Below, piece after piece: positions 38,013-49,719 of a stretch of DNA of 64,000 bases. This DNA comes from Octopus sinensis (taxonomy: Eukaryota): the NCBI RefSeq assembly GCF_006345805.1, contig NC_043019.1:28643360-28707359 (forward strand), in the 5' to 3' direction. A program made the position numbers and the translations under genes. The first letter of the stretch is position 1. Each line of letters opens with the position of its first letter. A model generated the notes under the pieces. It did not search any database, was not told the origin of the DNA, and was given only the letters and a program-made list of their open reading frames with translations.

Positions 38013-38306
38013 ATAGCATAAAATCTTTATAAGAGTTTATCAAGTAGTTAGCGTAAAAAATCCTCATAAGGGAAAAATTTATTAATTATTCCCTATAAAT
38101 ATATTTATTTGCAGCTGATAAAAAGAGTAACCAAATCTCCCTCAAGTCATACCCAGTCCTTTTTGAAAAAGAACACATTAGATAATAAACTCCTTGATAT
38201 ATCATGTCTAAGAAAACAAAAATGGGATAATCAAAGGTAGAAGCAAAACCCTTGATCATATGGCTTGCTCAGTGAAAGAGCTCAGTAAATCATTTTTGTT
38301 TCTTAC

Positions 38307-38372
38307 AAACGTAAATCTTCAACAAAACTATTTATCACTTCTGTATTCATTGAAGACATCATGATCACCATT
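38307..38372 (-). CDS. Candidate exon of the minus-strand gene (alternative acceptors possible)
   Basis: aag|A ATG..CGT TT|gtaaga gives MVIMMSSMNTEVINSFVEDLR; weak acceptor; an acceptor at 38391 gives SITVKTKNGDHDVFNEYRSDK*. Confidence 0.25.
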
Positions 38373-38721
38373 CTTAGTCTTTACAGTAATGCTGTCAATA
38401 TAACTCATGGAAAGATACATTAAAATCACAGTCAGCATTTCAATGGTTATCTTTGTTTTATGTGTATACATTGCTGTCAATAAAGTTGACATTTAAGTGG
38501 GATTTTTTTTTTTTTTTGCTTTTTCGCCAATACCATAGTTATTTGACAAGTAAACAGTTATTTGACAAGTAAACAGTTATTTGACAATGAAAAATAGTTT
38601 TCTTACAGAAAACTATAATTTGTTTTTTTCTCAGTGATGTACCTGTCAGGGAAATGATTTCATTTGAGATCAAGTGTTGAAACTAAAATGGTTGCAGTAT
38701 GGAAGAAGCATGTTGATTTCA

Positions 38722-38930
38722 AATTTTGACACAAGGCCAGCAATTTTGGTGGGGAAGTGGGTATATTGAATACATTGACCCTAGTGTCTTACTGGTACTT
38801 ATTTTATTGACCTCAAATGGATAAATGGTAAAGTTGACCTTGGTGGAATTTGAACTCAGAATGTAAAGACATGAAATGCTGTTAGGCATTTTGCCTGGTG
38901 TGCTAATGATTCTGCCAGCTCACTGCCTTA
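38722..38930 (-). mobile_element. SINE C (CpG-decayed)
   Basis: Reverse copy. Confidence 0.8.
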
Positions 38931-38986
38931 TGGAAGATGCATATCAGCCACTCAAAAAACACACAAAGACAGTTAACTTCACTTAA

Positions 38987-39195
38987 CCTTTCGTTACTGT
39001 ATTTATTTTGAGATGCTCTGTGTTTCTTTCAGTTACTTTAAATATAACAAAGAATTTAGTAAAATAACTTAGCTATCATTCAGCTAGTGTTAGGAACAGA
39101 AATTGTGACTAAGGTTTGGTGGAAGATTTTAATTCAAAACTTATGAAAACAAGACATTTGTACTCAGAGCTAGAGCTGGGTTGGTAACAAAAGGG
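38987..39195. mobile_element. piggyBac-like MITE
   Basis: TTAA|cctttcgttac ... gtaacaaaaggg|TTAA; second copy at 62278-62498. Confidence 0.85.
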
Positions 39196-39529
39196 TTAAA
39201 CAGTTATTATTTGGTGTGAAAAGTTTCATTGTATGAACTACAACCTGGTCACTGACAGTTCCACTGCAACAGAATCATATCAGTGACCAGGGACAATGAA
39301 AATTTGTACACCAAATGATATATGCTTAAATGAAGTTAACAGCCTTTATGTGGGTAATGTGCATCTTCTATGTGGCAATAATTATAATTTTTTTTCTGTT
39401 TGTTCCCTTCTTTTAATGATTTAGATTAGTGTTTCTCAACCATATTTTACCTATGGACCCCTTTAATTCCTATTTTACTCAGATGGACCCTCATAGCCAT
39501 TCAATGTTTAAGATAGATAGATAGATATT

Positions 39530-39763
39530 TATAAGCTTAAAGCTTATGGTGATCACTGTGTAATGACTAAGGAAAATAGTCTAATAAAGTGGCATATAAG
39601 CCCTCAACAGCAAAAAGAAGGCTTTCCTATCCACGTGGGAGTCGAACCCACATCCCTTCTTGGGATGTGGGTTTGATTTCCATGCGCCTTTATCAATATG
39701 CCCGTTTATTAGACTATTTTCCTTAGTCATTGCATGGTGATTACCATAAGCTTGAAGCTTATA
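39530..39763. mobile_element. TA-flanked fold-back MITE inside an hAT-like MITE (39428-39800)
   Basis: tataagcttaaagcttatggtgatcac..aatgactaaggaaaatagtctaataaa pairs with tttattagactattttccttagtcatt..accataagcttgaagcttata. Confidence 0.8.
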
Positions 39764-39814
39764 TAAAAATACCATTATTATTATTTACAGGATAATCATA
39801 CACACACATACACA

Positions 39815-40620
39815 CACAATAGGCTTCCTTCTTTTTTCCCTCTGCTAAATCCACTCACAAGGCTTTGGACAGCCTGGGGCTATAGTCGAAGGTACTTGCC
39901 CAAGTTACCATGCAGTGAAACTGAATCCAAAACTATATGGTTTGGAAGTAAGCTTCTTAACCACACAGCCATACCTGTGCCACATCTGCACCCATTATAT
40001 TTTTATAAACTGAAAAACAAAAGATAAACAGGAACACAATGGGTGCAAGAAATGTGGTTAGGCAGTTCACCCCACATGTCTAACCATGGGGAAATATTGC
40101 CTTATTTGGAAACAAGTTAGGGTTTGGCGACATGAGGAGCATCCAGCCTTAGAAAATGTGCTTCAATAAACTATTTTAGGGCAAGAGGTTAAATTGATTA
40201 CATTAATCCTCAGTACATGACTGGTAATTTATTTTATTGACCCAGAAAGGATGAAAGACAATGTGGACCCTGGCGGAATTTGAACTTGGAATGTAAAGCT
40301 TGATGAAATGCCACTAAGCATTTTGTCCAACATGCTAGCAATTCTGTCAGCTTACCTTTGTATGTGTGTGTGTGTGTGTGTATTTGTGTGTATGTTTGTG
40401 TCTGTCCCTGCCATCACCACCACCACTTGACAACTGGTGTTGGTCTGTTTACATCCTTATAACTTAGCAGTTTGGCACAAAGAGACTGATAGAATAAGTA
40501 CCAAGCTTTAAAAAAAAAGAAAAAAATCAGAAGTACTGGAATCGATCTATTTGACTAAAACCCTTGAAAGGCAGTGCCCCAGCATGGCCACAGTTCAGTG
40601 ACTGAAATAAGTGAAAAATT
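39815..40620. mobile_element. Cluster: SINE A (-), family H tail (+), SINE C (-), SINE B (+)
   Basis: Approximately 39815-39985, 40075-40175, 40185-40335 and 40380-40620. Confidence 0.7.
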
Positions 40621-40959
40621 AAAAAATATTAAAGCTCAGGACAGTTTCAAATCACTTCTCTGGCGGTCGCTCATGTCTGGGACGACAAGCCTATCCTAGA
40701 AGATCCAAAATGCATCATGAGAGAAAGACGATGATCTACTTTAGTGATAATGAGAATTCATAGACCTGGGGCTAAACAATTATGAATTAATTATCAGTTT
40801 TCAAGTGCCTCTTACCTTCAAGAAGACATTATATTTCATATCTAATTAGTTAATTTAGCTCTGATAACCGATAGACACCTGCTTGAGTTAAAAATAAAAT
40901 CAGGAAAGAAATGCAGAAAGACTTGACAAAGATAATAATCATTTTTTTCTTTTATCTTT

Positions 40960-41350
40960 ATATTTGTTTGAACCATTGAAGTGTGGCCGAGCTGGGGCAC
41001 CACCTTCAAGTGTTTTAGTCAAGTGAATCAACCCCAGCACTTATTTTTTAAAGTCTGGTATTTGTCCTAATAGTCTCTTTTACTGAACCGATCAGTTACG
41101 GGGATGTAAACAAACTAACAATGGTTGTTGAATGGGGGTGGGGACAGACACAAACACAAAAGACACAGGCATACATATATACACACATCATCATCAGTGT
41201 TGAATGTCTGACTTTCATGCATGCATGAGTAGGACGGTTGACAGGAGCTAGTCAGGTAGAAGACTACCCCAGGCTACTGTGTCTGTTTTGGCAATACCAA
41301 CCACTCTGCAGAGTGAACTCAGCACTTTTTACATGGCACTAGCACAGGTG
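40960..41350 (-). mobile_element. SINE B plus decayed family-E tail
   Basis: B 40960-41165; (CAT)n-led E remnant 41185-41350. Confidence 0.65.
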
Positions 41351-41379
41351 AGGAGTTTTTGGCTTGATTTTTACACACA

Positions 41380-41425
<46 letters not shown>

Positions 41426-41464
41426 ACACACACACACATGCATACATACATATATATATTATGT

Positions 41465-41840
41465 GGAGGTGCAATGGCCCAGTGGTTAGGGCAGCAGAAT
41501 TCACAGTCTTAGGATAACAGTTTCGATTCCCAGACCAGGCATTGTGAGTGTTTATTGAGCGAAAACACCTAAATCTCCACGAGGCTCCGGCAGGGGTTGG
41601 TGGTGAACCCTGCTGTACTCTTTTGCCGTAACTTTCTCTCTTTCTTCCTGTTTCTGTTGTACCTGTATTTCAAAGGGCCAGCCTTGTCACACTCTGTGTC
41701 ACGCTGAATCCCCCTGAGAACTACATTAAGGGTACAGATATCTGTGGAGTGCTCAACCACTTGCACGTTAATTTCATGAGTAGGCTGTTCTGTTAATCGG
41801 ATCAACTGGAACCCTCGTCGTCACAACCGACTGAGTGCCA
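41465..41840 (+). mobile_element. SINE D2
   Basis: Full copy. Confidence 0.88.
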
Positions 41841-41881
<41 letters not shown>

Positions 41882-41904
41882 CACAACAGACTTTTTTCAG
41901 TTTC

Positions 41905-42260
41905 TTATTTCTTTACTGCCCAAAAGGGGCTACACACAGAGGGGACAAACAAGGACAGACAAACGGATTAAGTCAATTATATTGACCCCAGTGCATAACT
42001 GGTACTTATTTAATTAACCTCGAAAGGATGAAAGGCAAAGTCGACCTATCGGAATTTAAACTCAGAACATAGCGGCAGACGAAATATCGCTAAGCTTTTC
42101 GCTCGGTGTGCTAAAGTTTCTTCCAGCTCGCCACCTTTTTTTTTTGGTTGGCCTGGGACTATAGCAGAAGACACTTGCCCATGGTGCCATGCAATGAGAC
42201 TGAACCCAAAACCATGTGGTTGGGAAACAAACTTCTTACCACACACCCATGCTTTGCACC
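41905..42260 (-). mobile_element. SINE C (41905-42132) and SINE A (42132-42260)
   Basis: Reverse copies. Confidence 0.8.
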
Positions 42261-42350
42261 TATTCCATACAGGGACCTACATCCAGATATTTAATTCCTA
42301 CAAACTATAAAGTATTTTATAAAACAAAATCTACCCTATTTTCATATAAC

Positions 42351-42379
42351 CTCTTAATAATAGTTGTAATATTGGTAAG
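42351..42379 (-). CDS. Candidate micro-exon
   Basis: ttcttcag|CTT..AAG AG|gttata gives LTNITTIIK, phase 0-2; weak donor. Confidence 0.3.
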
Positions 42380-42633
42380 CTGAAGAATCTGTTGAGTAAA
42401 TTGTTTGTTCAGTTTGATGCACTATAAATTCTTGCCTTCTATATTCTTTAAAGAATAAAAATAAAAACAAAAAACAATATGAAAGAAAACAGGAAATGAT
42501 ATAAATACATATTTCATGATAGAAATAGTTGGGTGAAAGTAAAAATTTTCACCCACAAATCCTCTACTCAAGTTTAACATACTCCGGAAGACAAACTGTT
42601 ACCATACCTGCATTTAGAATAGACTTACCTTAC

Positions 42634-42718
42634 CTGTTCTGTTATGTCTTTGAAGATGTGCCAATTATTGGCAGCTATACAGACAAAAGCCATGCCAGCC
42701 GGTATGGTAAGACAAATT
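42634..42718 (-). CDS. Candidate exon, hydrophobic segment
   Basis: tcttatactattttag|A ATT..GAA CAG|gtaagg; only open frame ICLTIPAGMAFVCIAANNWHIFKDITEQ, phase 2-0. Confidence 0.55.
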
Positions 42719-42774
42719 CTAAAATAGTATAAGATAAATGTGAATGGAAAAAAGTTTTTTTTTCAATATCATCA

Positions 42775-43300
42775 GGTGCAGGCATGGCTATGTGGTAAGA
42801 AGCACGCTTCCCAACCACATGGTTCTGGGTTCAATCCCACTGCGTGGGACCTTGGGCGAGTGTCTTCTACTATAGATTCAGGCTGACTAAAGCCCTCTGA
42901 GTCGATTTGGTAGATCGAAATTGAAAGAAGCTTGTCAGATATATATATATATAGGTGCAGGCATGACTGTGTGGTAAGAAGCACGCTTCTCAACCACATG
43001 GTTCTGGGTTCAGTCCCACTATGTGGAACCTTGGGCAAGTGTCTTCTACTCTATCCTCAGGCCGACCAAAGCCTTATGAGTGAATTTGGTAGATGGAAAC
43101 TGAAAGAAGCCTGTCATATATATATGTATGTATTTATGTGTGTGTGTGTGTTTTTGTCAACCCACCGTCACTTGACAACTGATGTTGGTATGTTTACATC
43201 CTTGTAACTTAGCAGTTCAACAAAACAGACCAATAGAATGAGTGATAGGCTTACAAAGAATAAGTCCTGGAGTTGACTTCTTTGACTAAAAGCCTTTTAC
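42775..43300 (+). mobile_element. SINE A-A-B
   Basis: Two tandem A modules followed by B. Confidence 0.85.
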
Positions 43301-43419
43301 GGTGGTTCTCCTACAATGTAATTCTTACAATAAACAATCACATCATTGAAATCTCAGAGCTACAGGATAATGCATGATTAATTCAAAACATTGTGAATAA
43401 ATAAGCATTATATTTGACA

Positions 43420-44062
43420 GGACCTTTGGAAATATGCTGTTCTTGAGAAGACTCGGCAAGCCAAGTGAGACCATAACCTCGTGGCCTATGCCAGGGGTGT
43501 CACCAGTTCACTTATGCATACCTTTCCTTCATTGGACACTAAATTCTGCTTGCGAAGACATGTTGAGGCAAGTGAAATTGAAATTGAAATCAAATTCGAT
43601 GACTGGCATCCATGCTAGTGGAGCGCTAAGAGTACCATCTGAGTGTGATTGTTGCCAGAGTAACAAACTGGCTTCCATACCAGTGGCATGTAAAAAGCAC
43701 CATTCGAGCATGATCATTACCTGCGTCTCCTTACTGGAACTTGTGCTGGTGGCATGTGTAAAAAACATTCAAGCGAGGTCGTTGCCAGTGCCACTGGACT
43801 GGCTCCTGTGCAGGTGGCACATAAAAAGCACCATTTGAGCGTGGCTGTTGCCAGTACCGCCTGACTGGCCCTCATGCCGGTGGCACGTAAAAGCACCCTC
43901 TACACTGTTGGAGTGGTTGGCGTTAGGAAGGGCATCCAGCTATAGAAACTCTGCCAGATCAGATTGGAGCCTGGTGCAGCCATCTGGTTCGCCAGACCTC
44001 AGTCAAATCATCCAATCCAAGCTAGCATGGAAAGCGGACGTTAAACGATGATGATGATGATA
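43420..44062 (+). mobile_element. RTE LINE 3' end, subfamily 2: last codons plus full 3' UTR
   Basis: DLWKYAVLEKTRQAK* matches the end of ORF 51502-52179; UTR with ggtggcaygtaaaaagcacc units; (GAT)n tail. Confidence 0.88.
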
Positions 44063-44589
44063 ATGTTAAAGGGTTAAGCTGACGCTAGCTCACAGGGACA
44101 CCTTAATGTTTAGTAATTTACAGCGCAGGTGGAAATCGTTTTAATTATCTACTGAATGGCATAATAAATCAGTAATGATCATTTACATTATAGAATTAAC
44201 GATTTTAGTATAGCAAAGTTTCAATTACACAAAGATATAAAATATTTAGCATGTCACACAATCCTTTTATTCTTTTGCTACTTTTAATCACTGAACTGGG
44301 GTCATGCTGGAGCACTACCATCAGGGGTATTAGTTCATCATATTAACTTAGGTTCTTATTTCAGTTACGTATTTATTTACCAAACTCTAATTACCAATTA
44401 ATCGAAATATTGTATTTCCCAGCATACAAGTCAACAAGTGTATAGTGTTATCATGCAGTGCAAACATTCAAATATCACCAAAGTTTACAGGGATTTTTAG
44501 TCTTCCAAAGTCAACTTACCTTTTTTGGTTGTAAATTTTGGTCTGAAAAATTCAACTTGTATGCTGGAAAATATGATACCTTCTTTAAC

Positions 44590-44780
44590 ACAATATTTAA
44601 TATTATTCACATTTGACAGATATTTGTCCTCATCTTGTTTGTTGTTAACACAATGTTTTGCCTGATATATCCTCCAGCCTTCATCAGGTGTCTTGGGGAA
44701 ATTTCGAAACTGGGCTCTCATTCTTAAGGTATTTTTTGATGTTATCATTACTATTATTATTATTATTATTATTATTATTT
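44590..44780 (-). mobile_element. (AAT)n-linked repeat with a decayed minimal hammerhead (44647-44692)
   Basis: gacac-CTGATGA-a-ggctg..caggc-AAAA-catt-gtgtt; G12 and the CG step are mutated. Confidence 0.55.
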
Positions 44781-45067
44781 TTTGGCTACCTAACTTAAGA
44801 CTAGAAAGCATAACTTAGATTTCACTCCAACATTTTTTCCTTTGTCTAATGTATACCACATCAGAATTTATGAGATCAGCACACATTTTTTATGTTATTT
44901 CCATAGGTCACCTGGTGTTGAAACATAGATAATTCATTTTTCCTGATCCAGACATTAAGTCAGTTTGCACAATATAAATAGAACTAAGACACTGAGCCGG
45001 CAGAAATGTTAGCACGCCGGGCAAAATGCTTAGCAGTATTTCGCCTGTTTTTATGTTCTGAGTTCAA

Positions 45068-45235
45068 ATTATTATTATTATTATTATTATTATTCAGATC
45101 ACTGCCTGGAATTGAACTCGGAATTGTGGGGTTAGTAGACCATGTTCTTAACCTCTACGCCCATAGGCATATGATGTATTGGTTAAGAGCACAGGCTAAT
45201 AACCCCAAGATACTGAGTTCGATCACAGGCAGTGA

Positions 45236-45268
<33 letters not shown>
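45068..45268. mobile_element. Head-to-head inverted pair of short tRNA-like SINE heads with (AAT)n tails
   Basis: Right copy ggcatatgatgtattggttaagag..gagttcgatcacaggcagtgacctgaataat; left copy is its reverse complement. Confidence 0.75.
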
Positions 45269-45271
<3 letters not shown>

Positions 45272-45289
45272 TCTTAACTGATTGGAAGT

Positions 45290-45823
45290 GTTATCATGTA
45301 CATTGTTTTGTCTTGGTATAAAAGATGGGCTACAGCAAATATTCTGCTCAATACCACAGATTTGCTTGTCAGTTGTTTGACCTTAACCAGTTGAGCATGT
45401 CCCTTAGTGGCTGACGATATGTGCATCTCTGATCACGAGCAGAAGTAGTGGGGGAGCATCATAGCTGTGTGTTGAGAGGGATTCTTTGGGGTTTGAATAA
45501 TTCACCTCTGGAAACATGGGTGTTTCGTTCAACATCCTTAAACAACCCTTATTCAGGGACCTTTCGAGTGGGATGGGTTACTCGACCTGAAGAAAACTCT
45601 AACTGGGCCCCACCTGCAAGGTCATGTGCTGTTTATCTTGATATGAGATCACCATGTCGCGCACACATGGTTGTGATGCATGTGCCTAGTGTACCCTTAT
45701 CAGACGGGTAGTCATGATGGGTATACTGGGCTTCGTATATTTTACCCCAGTGTCACTTTGATGGCATGCACTGCTCTCTCACTCAATAATAATAATAACA
45801 ATAACAATAACAATAATAATAAT

Positions 45824-45854
<31 letters not shown>

Positions 45855-45900
45855 TAACAATAATAATAACAACAACAACAACAACAATAATTATGGTTAA
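45290..45900 (+). mobile_element. LINE-like 3' UTR ending in (AAT)n (clade uncertain, possibly R4/Dong)
   Basis: GC-richer non-coding block ending gcactgctctctcactc+aataataat; clade is a recollection only. Confidence 0.5.
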
Positions 45901-46659
45901 CAACTTATATATATATTATCAAATCACAATCAAAAATGGAAATTGTAGTTGTGGCTGATGCCAGTGCTGCTTGACTGGCTCTCGTGCTGGTGGCATGCAA
46001 TAAGCACCATTCATGCGTGGATCATTGTCAGTGCTGTCTGACTGGCTCCCCATTCCAGTGACACGTAAAGGCTAGAAGTAGATGAAGGGAGCAAATAAGT
46101 GCTACGGGTACATTAAAAGCTAGAGATGTACATTTGCTCAAATGCCCAAGGAGGGGTTTAGAATAGTAAGCGATGATGTGAGATGGGCTTGGATGGTTGG
46201 AGAGAAGAAAGAAAGGAGCAGTGGTGTGATGTAAGAAGGTAATTTGGGATGGAGTTGACAGTGACAGAGGTGGACAAAGATAAGGGTGAGTGATAGAATT
46301 AGATAAAGATAAGGTGATGGGTGGTAATAGAATTGGCCCTTGGGTGGGGGAAGTGAGATTGTGATGACTGGCAGTAAAGAAGGGCAAAGAAGCTGAAGGG
46401 GATGCACTAAAGAAAAAGAATTATTGAGGCATGAGGACAGCCCAGTGCAGTCATGTATACAATTAGACCTAGCAAAGGGATGAAGGGGAGTCAATGGATG
46501 TGGGGAGAGTGAGCAACAGGTTGATGGAGGCAGTCAAGGATTCAAAGGGTTTAAAGTCGGAGATGAGGAAAATGTATATTGTGTAATGACCATATATAAG
46601 ATCCATTTTTAGCAGCATTTAGTAGAGAAGGCATGTAGTTCTTGAGTCAGAAGTTCGCC

Positions 46660-47105
46660 ATCATCATCATCATCATCATCGTTTAACGTCCATTTTCTAT
46701 GCTAGCATGGGTTGGACAGTTCGACCGGGGTCTCGGAAGCCAGGAGGCTGCACCAGGCTCCAGTCTGATCTGGCAGTGTTTCTAGAGCTGGATGCCCTTC
46801 CTAACGCCAACCATTCTGAGAGTGTAGTGGGTGCTTTTTATGTGCCAACAGCACAGGTGCCAGGGGAGGTTGGCAGCGACCATGATCGGTTGGTGCTTTT
46901 TACATGCCACCGGCACAGAAGCCAGTCAAGACAGCGCTGGTATCGGCCACATTCAGATCGTGCTTTTTACGTGCCACCAGCACAGGTATAACAACTACAA
47001 TTTCCATTTGATTTTTTTATTTTGATGTTGATGTACTTGACTCAATAGGTCACCTCAAGCACAGCTGGTCACCCTATGACCCAAGGTAAGCACAGCAGGC
47101 CGTTC
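46660..47105 (-). mobile_element. RTE 3' UTR fragment (family E)
   Basis: (CAT)n then gtttaacgtcc..ggatgcccttcctaacgccaacc and hairpin units. Confidence 0.85.
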
Positions 47106-47384
47106 ACTAAGTATAAAATTCAATGTATATTGATGCATAGTGTCAATGATTTGAAGAACAACAACATCAATTACTCTTTGAGATGGCCATTTATTTAGAT
47201 GATTATTATGGTTGTCGTTACAATATAGAAAATAACTTCTAGGGTATGCCTCAAGAAAGTTAATTTCCATAATTTTCCTAGTTCAACACGTGAAAATAAT
47301 AGGTCAATGACTTGTGGAAAAAATGTGGATTAGGTTTTGAATTCTGGTTTAGGTATTTGGCAGCTGTTTGTTACAATTATATAC

Positions 47385-47430
47385 CTGGCAGCTAGAATTG
47401 TATATCTGGCAAAGTACAGCATATATGTGC
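47385..47430 (-). CDS. Candidate micro-exon
   Basis: tttatttcatacag|GC ACA..GCC AG|gtatat gives TYMLYFARYTILAAR, phase 1-2, in phase with 42634-42718. Confidence 0.45.
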
Positions 47431-47567
47431 CTGTATGAAATAAATCTTGTACCATGGCTTCACAGCAATAGGAAGGTTCATGGCCTTTCATTTGATTCAC
47501 TATCAATCTCCTAATCCTCAGTGCTTTCGCATACAGGCAATTGTACATGCTGCTTTGTGGCATTTCT

Positions 47568-48850
47568 TCCGGCTTTATGTTCTGAGTTCAAATGCTGCCA
47601 AGGTCAAGTTTACTTTCATCGTTTAGGGGTCAATAAAATAAATGCCAAAATATATAAAAGGCGGTGAGCTGGTAGAAACGTTAGCATGCCAGGTGAAATG
47701 CTTAGTGGTATATTGTCTGTCTTTACATTCTGAGTTCAAATTCCACCGAGGTCGACTTTGTATTTCATCCTTTTGGGGTCAATAAATTAGGTACCAGTTG
47801 CATACTAGGGGCGATCTAATCGACTGACTCCCCTCCCCAAAAATTTTGGGTCTTGTACCTAGAGGCGTAGGAGTGGCTGTGTAGTAAGTAGCTTGCTTAC
47901 CAACCACATGGTTCCAGGTTCAGTCCCACGGCATGGCACCTTGGGCAAGTGTCTTCTACTATAGCCTCGGGCCGACCAAAGCCTTGTGAGTGGATTTGGT
48001 AGACAGAAACTGAAAGAAGCCCATCGTATATATGTATATGTATATGTATGTGTGTGTGTCTGTGTTTGCCTCCCCAACATCACTTGACAACTGATGCTGG
48101 TGTGTTTACATCCCTGTAACTTAGCGGTTCGGCAAAAGAGACTGATAGAATAAGTACTAGGTTTACAAAGAATAAGTCCTGGGATCAATTTGCTCGACTA
48201 AAGGCGGTGCTCCAGCATGGCCACAGTCAAATGACTGAAACAAGTAAAAGAGTAGAAAAGAATAAAATAAATGCCAGGCAATTAATGGGGTCGATATAAT
48301 AAACTTCTCCTCCCCTCAAAAACTGTTGGCCCTGTGCCAAAATTTGAAATCATTGGCAGAATTGTTAATCCATCAGGCAAAATGTTTAGCCACATTTAGT
48401 CCATCTTTAAATTTTGAGTTCAAATTCTGCTGAAGTTGACTTTTGGAGTTGAAAAAATAAGCACCAATCATGTACTGGGGTCAGTATAACGGACTTTCCC
48501 CTCCCCTCAAAAATAACTGGCTCTGTGCCAACGTATGAAACTTAGCTGGTGGAATTCTTAGCATGCCAGACGAAATGCTTAGCAGTATTTCTTCCATCTT
48601 TACATTCTGAGTTCAAATTCAACTGAGTTTGACTTTGCCTTTTGTCCTTTTGGGGGTCGATGAAACAAGAATCAGTTGAGCGCTGGGGTTCATATAACTG
48701 ACCTGTCTCTTTGACTCCAAAATTTCAGGCCTTGTGCTTATATTAGAAAGGATTGTTATAATTACTGAGAATGAAAGGTAAAGTCAACCTGGGCAGAATC
48801 TTTATGTTCTGGGTTCAAATTCCATCAAGGTCGACTTTGTTTTCCATCTT
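47568..48850 (+). mobile_element. SINE cluster: C copies (47568-47862, 48260-48850) around A/B (47864-48255)
   Basis: Several decayed C bodies; A/B near consensus. Confidence 0.8.
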
Positions 48851-49570
48851 TTTGGAGGGAGAGAGAGAGAAAGAGAGAGAGAGACAGATCATGATTTCAT
48901 GTTTTTTATTTTGCAGAGGGAATAGTTTAAGTGCCCAAGGTACATGGCTGTGTGAATAAGGGTAGATAAGAGAGGAGGTGAGATAAAGAGGGGGATGAGA
49001 GAAAGAAAGATCGGACAACTTAAGAGAACAGATTTATGGAGACAACAGGAAAAGTACCTTCTAGAAAGAACATAACGTGTTGTTGTTGTTGTTAAGCAAC
49101 AAGACGGGTAAGGGTGATTAGGTGATGGTCTAGGGCTTAGGGGCAGGAGACCCCAGACCTTAGAAAAAAAACAAAAAACTTTGGTCGTCTTGTAGTCGAG
49201 GTCTCTTCGTTGACGCCCGACACCACTGGGAGGTGGCACTCGATGTCACTGGAAATGGAGATCTCCAGGTCCAAATTCTTGGACGGCTAACATGTGTGTA
49301 TGTGTATATGAGAAAGGAGACTAACACACACGTATACACACACAACACACACACACACACTACATATATATGCATTCATGCACACCATTCCAAACACATA
49401 TTCACTGATAACCAAAGACATATTTGAACTTGTGGTTGCAACCCTGATGATATACAAAGTGTTTTAGACAAGCAACGAAGAAACTATTTTACTTCATTAT
49501 ACAAAATTTCTACAAAATATTCTCAAACAGCTTAATAGCAACAAACTTTATATTTTATTAACATACTTAC

Positions 49571-49591
49571 CCAGTTTTTTGCCATATTCTC
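49571..49591 (-). CDS. Candidate micro-exon
   Basis: tatgtcag|GA GAA TAT GGC AAA AAA CTG G|gtaagt; strong donor, phase 1-1; alternative acceptor at 49626. Confidence 0.4.
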
Positions 49592-49719
49592 CTGACATAC
49601 GCATAGGTATTCATATGTTGAATAACCTTTATTTTGTATTCATAAATTTTATTGTTTCTTAATGTCACACTCTCTTTACAGTTGCCCATTTGTGCAGAGT
49701 ACAATATTGTGTGTGAATA

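Noticed and set aside
42634-42718. Chitin synthase assignment from the LTIP..IAA motif
   Set aside because: Spacing is off by one, neighbouring candidate exons do not match, and no QRRRW/EDR motifs were seen
47334-47431. Plus-strand hydrophobic frame VLNSGLGIWQLFVTIIYLAARIVYLAKY
   Set aside because: Antisense of the better-bounded minus-strand exon; no supporting plus-strand chain
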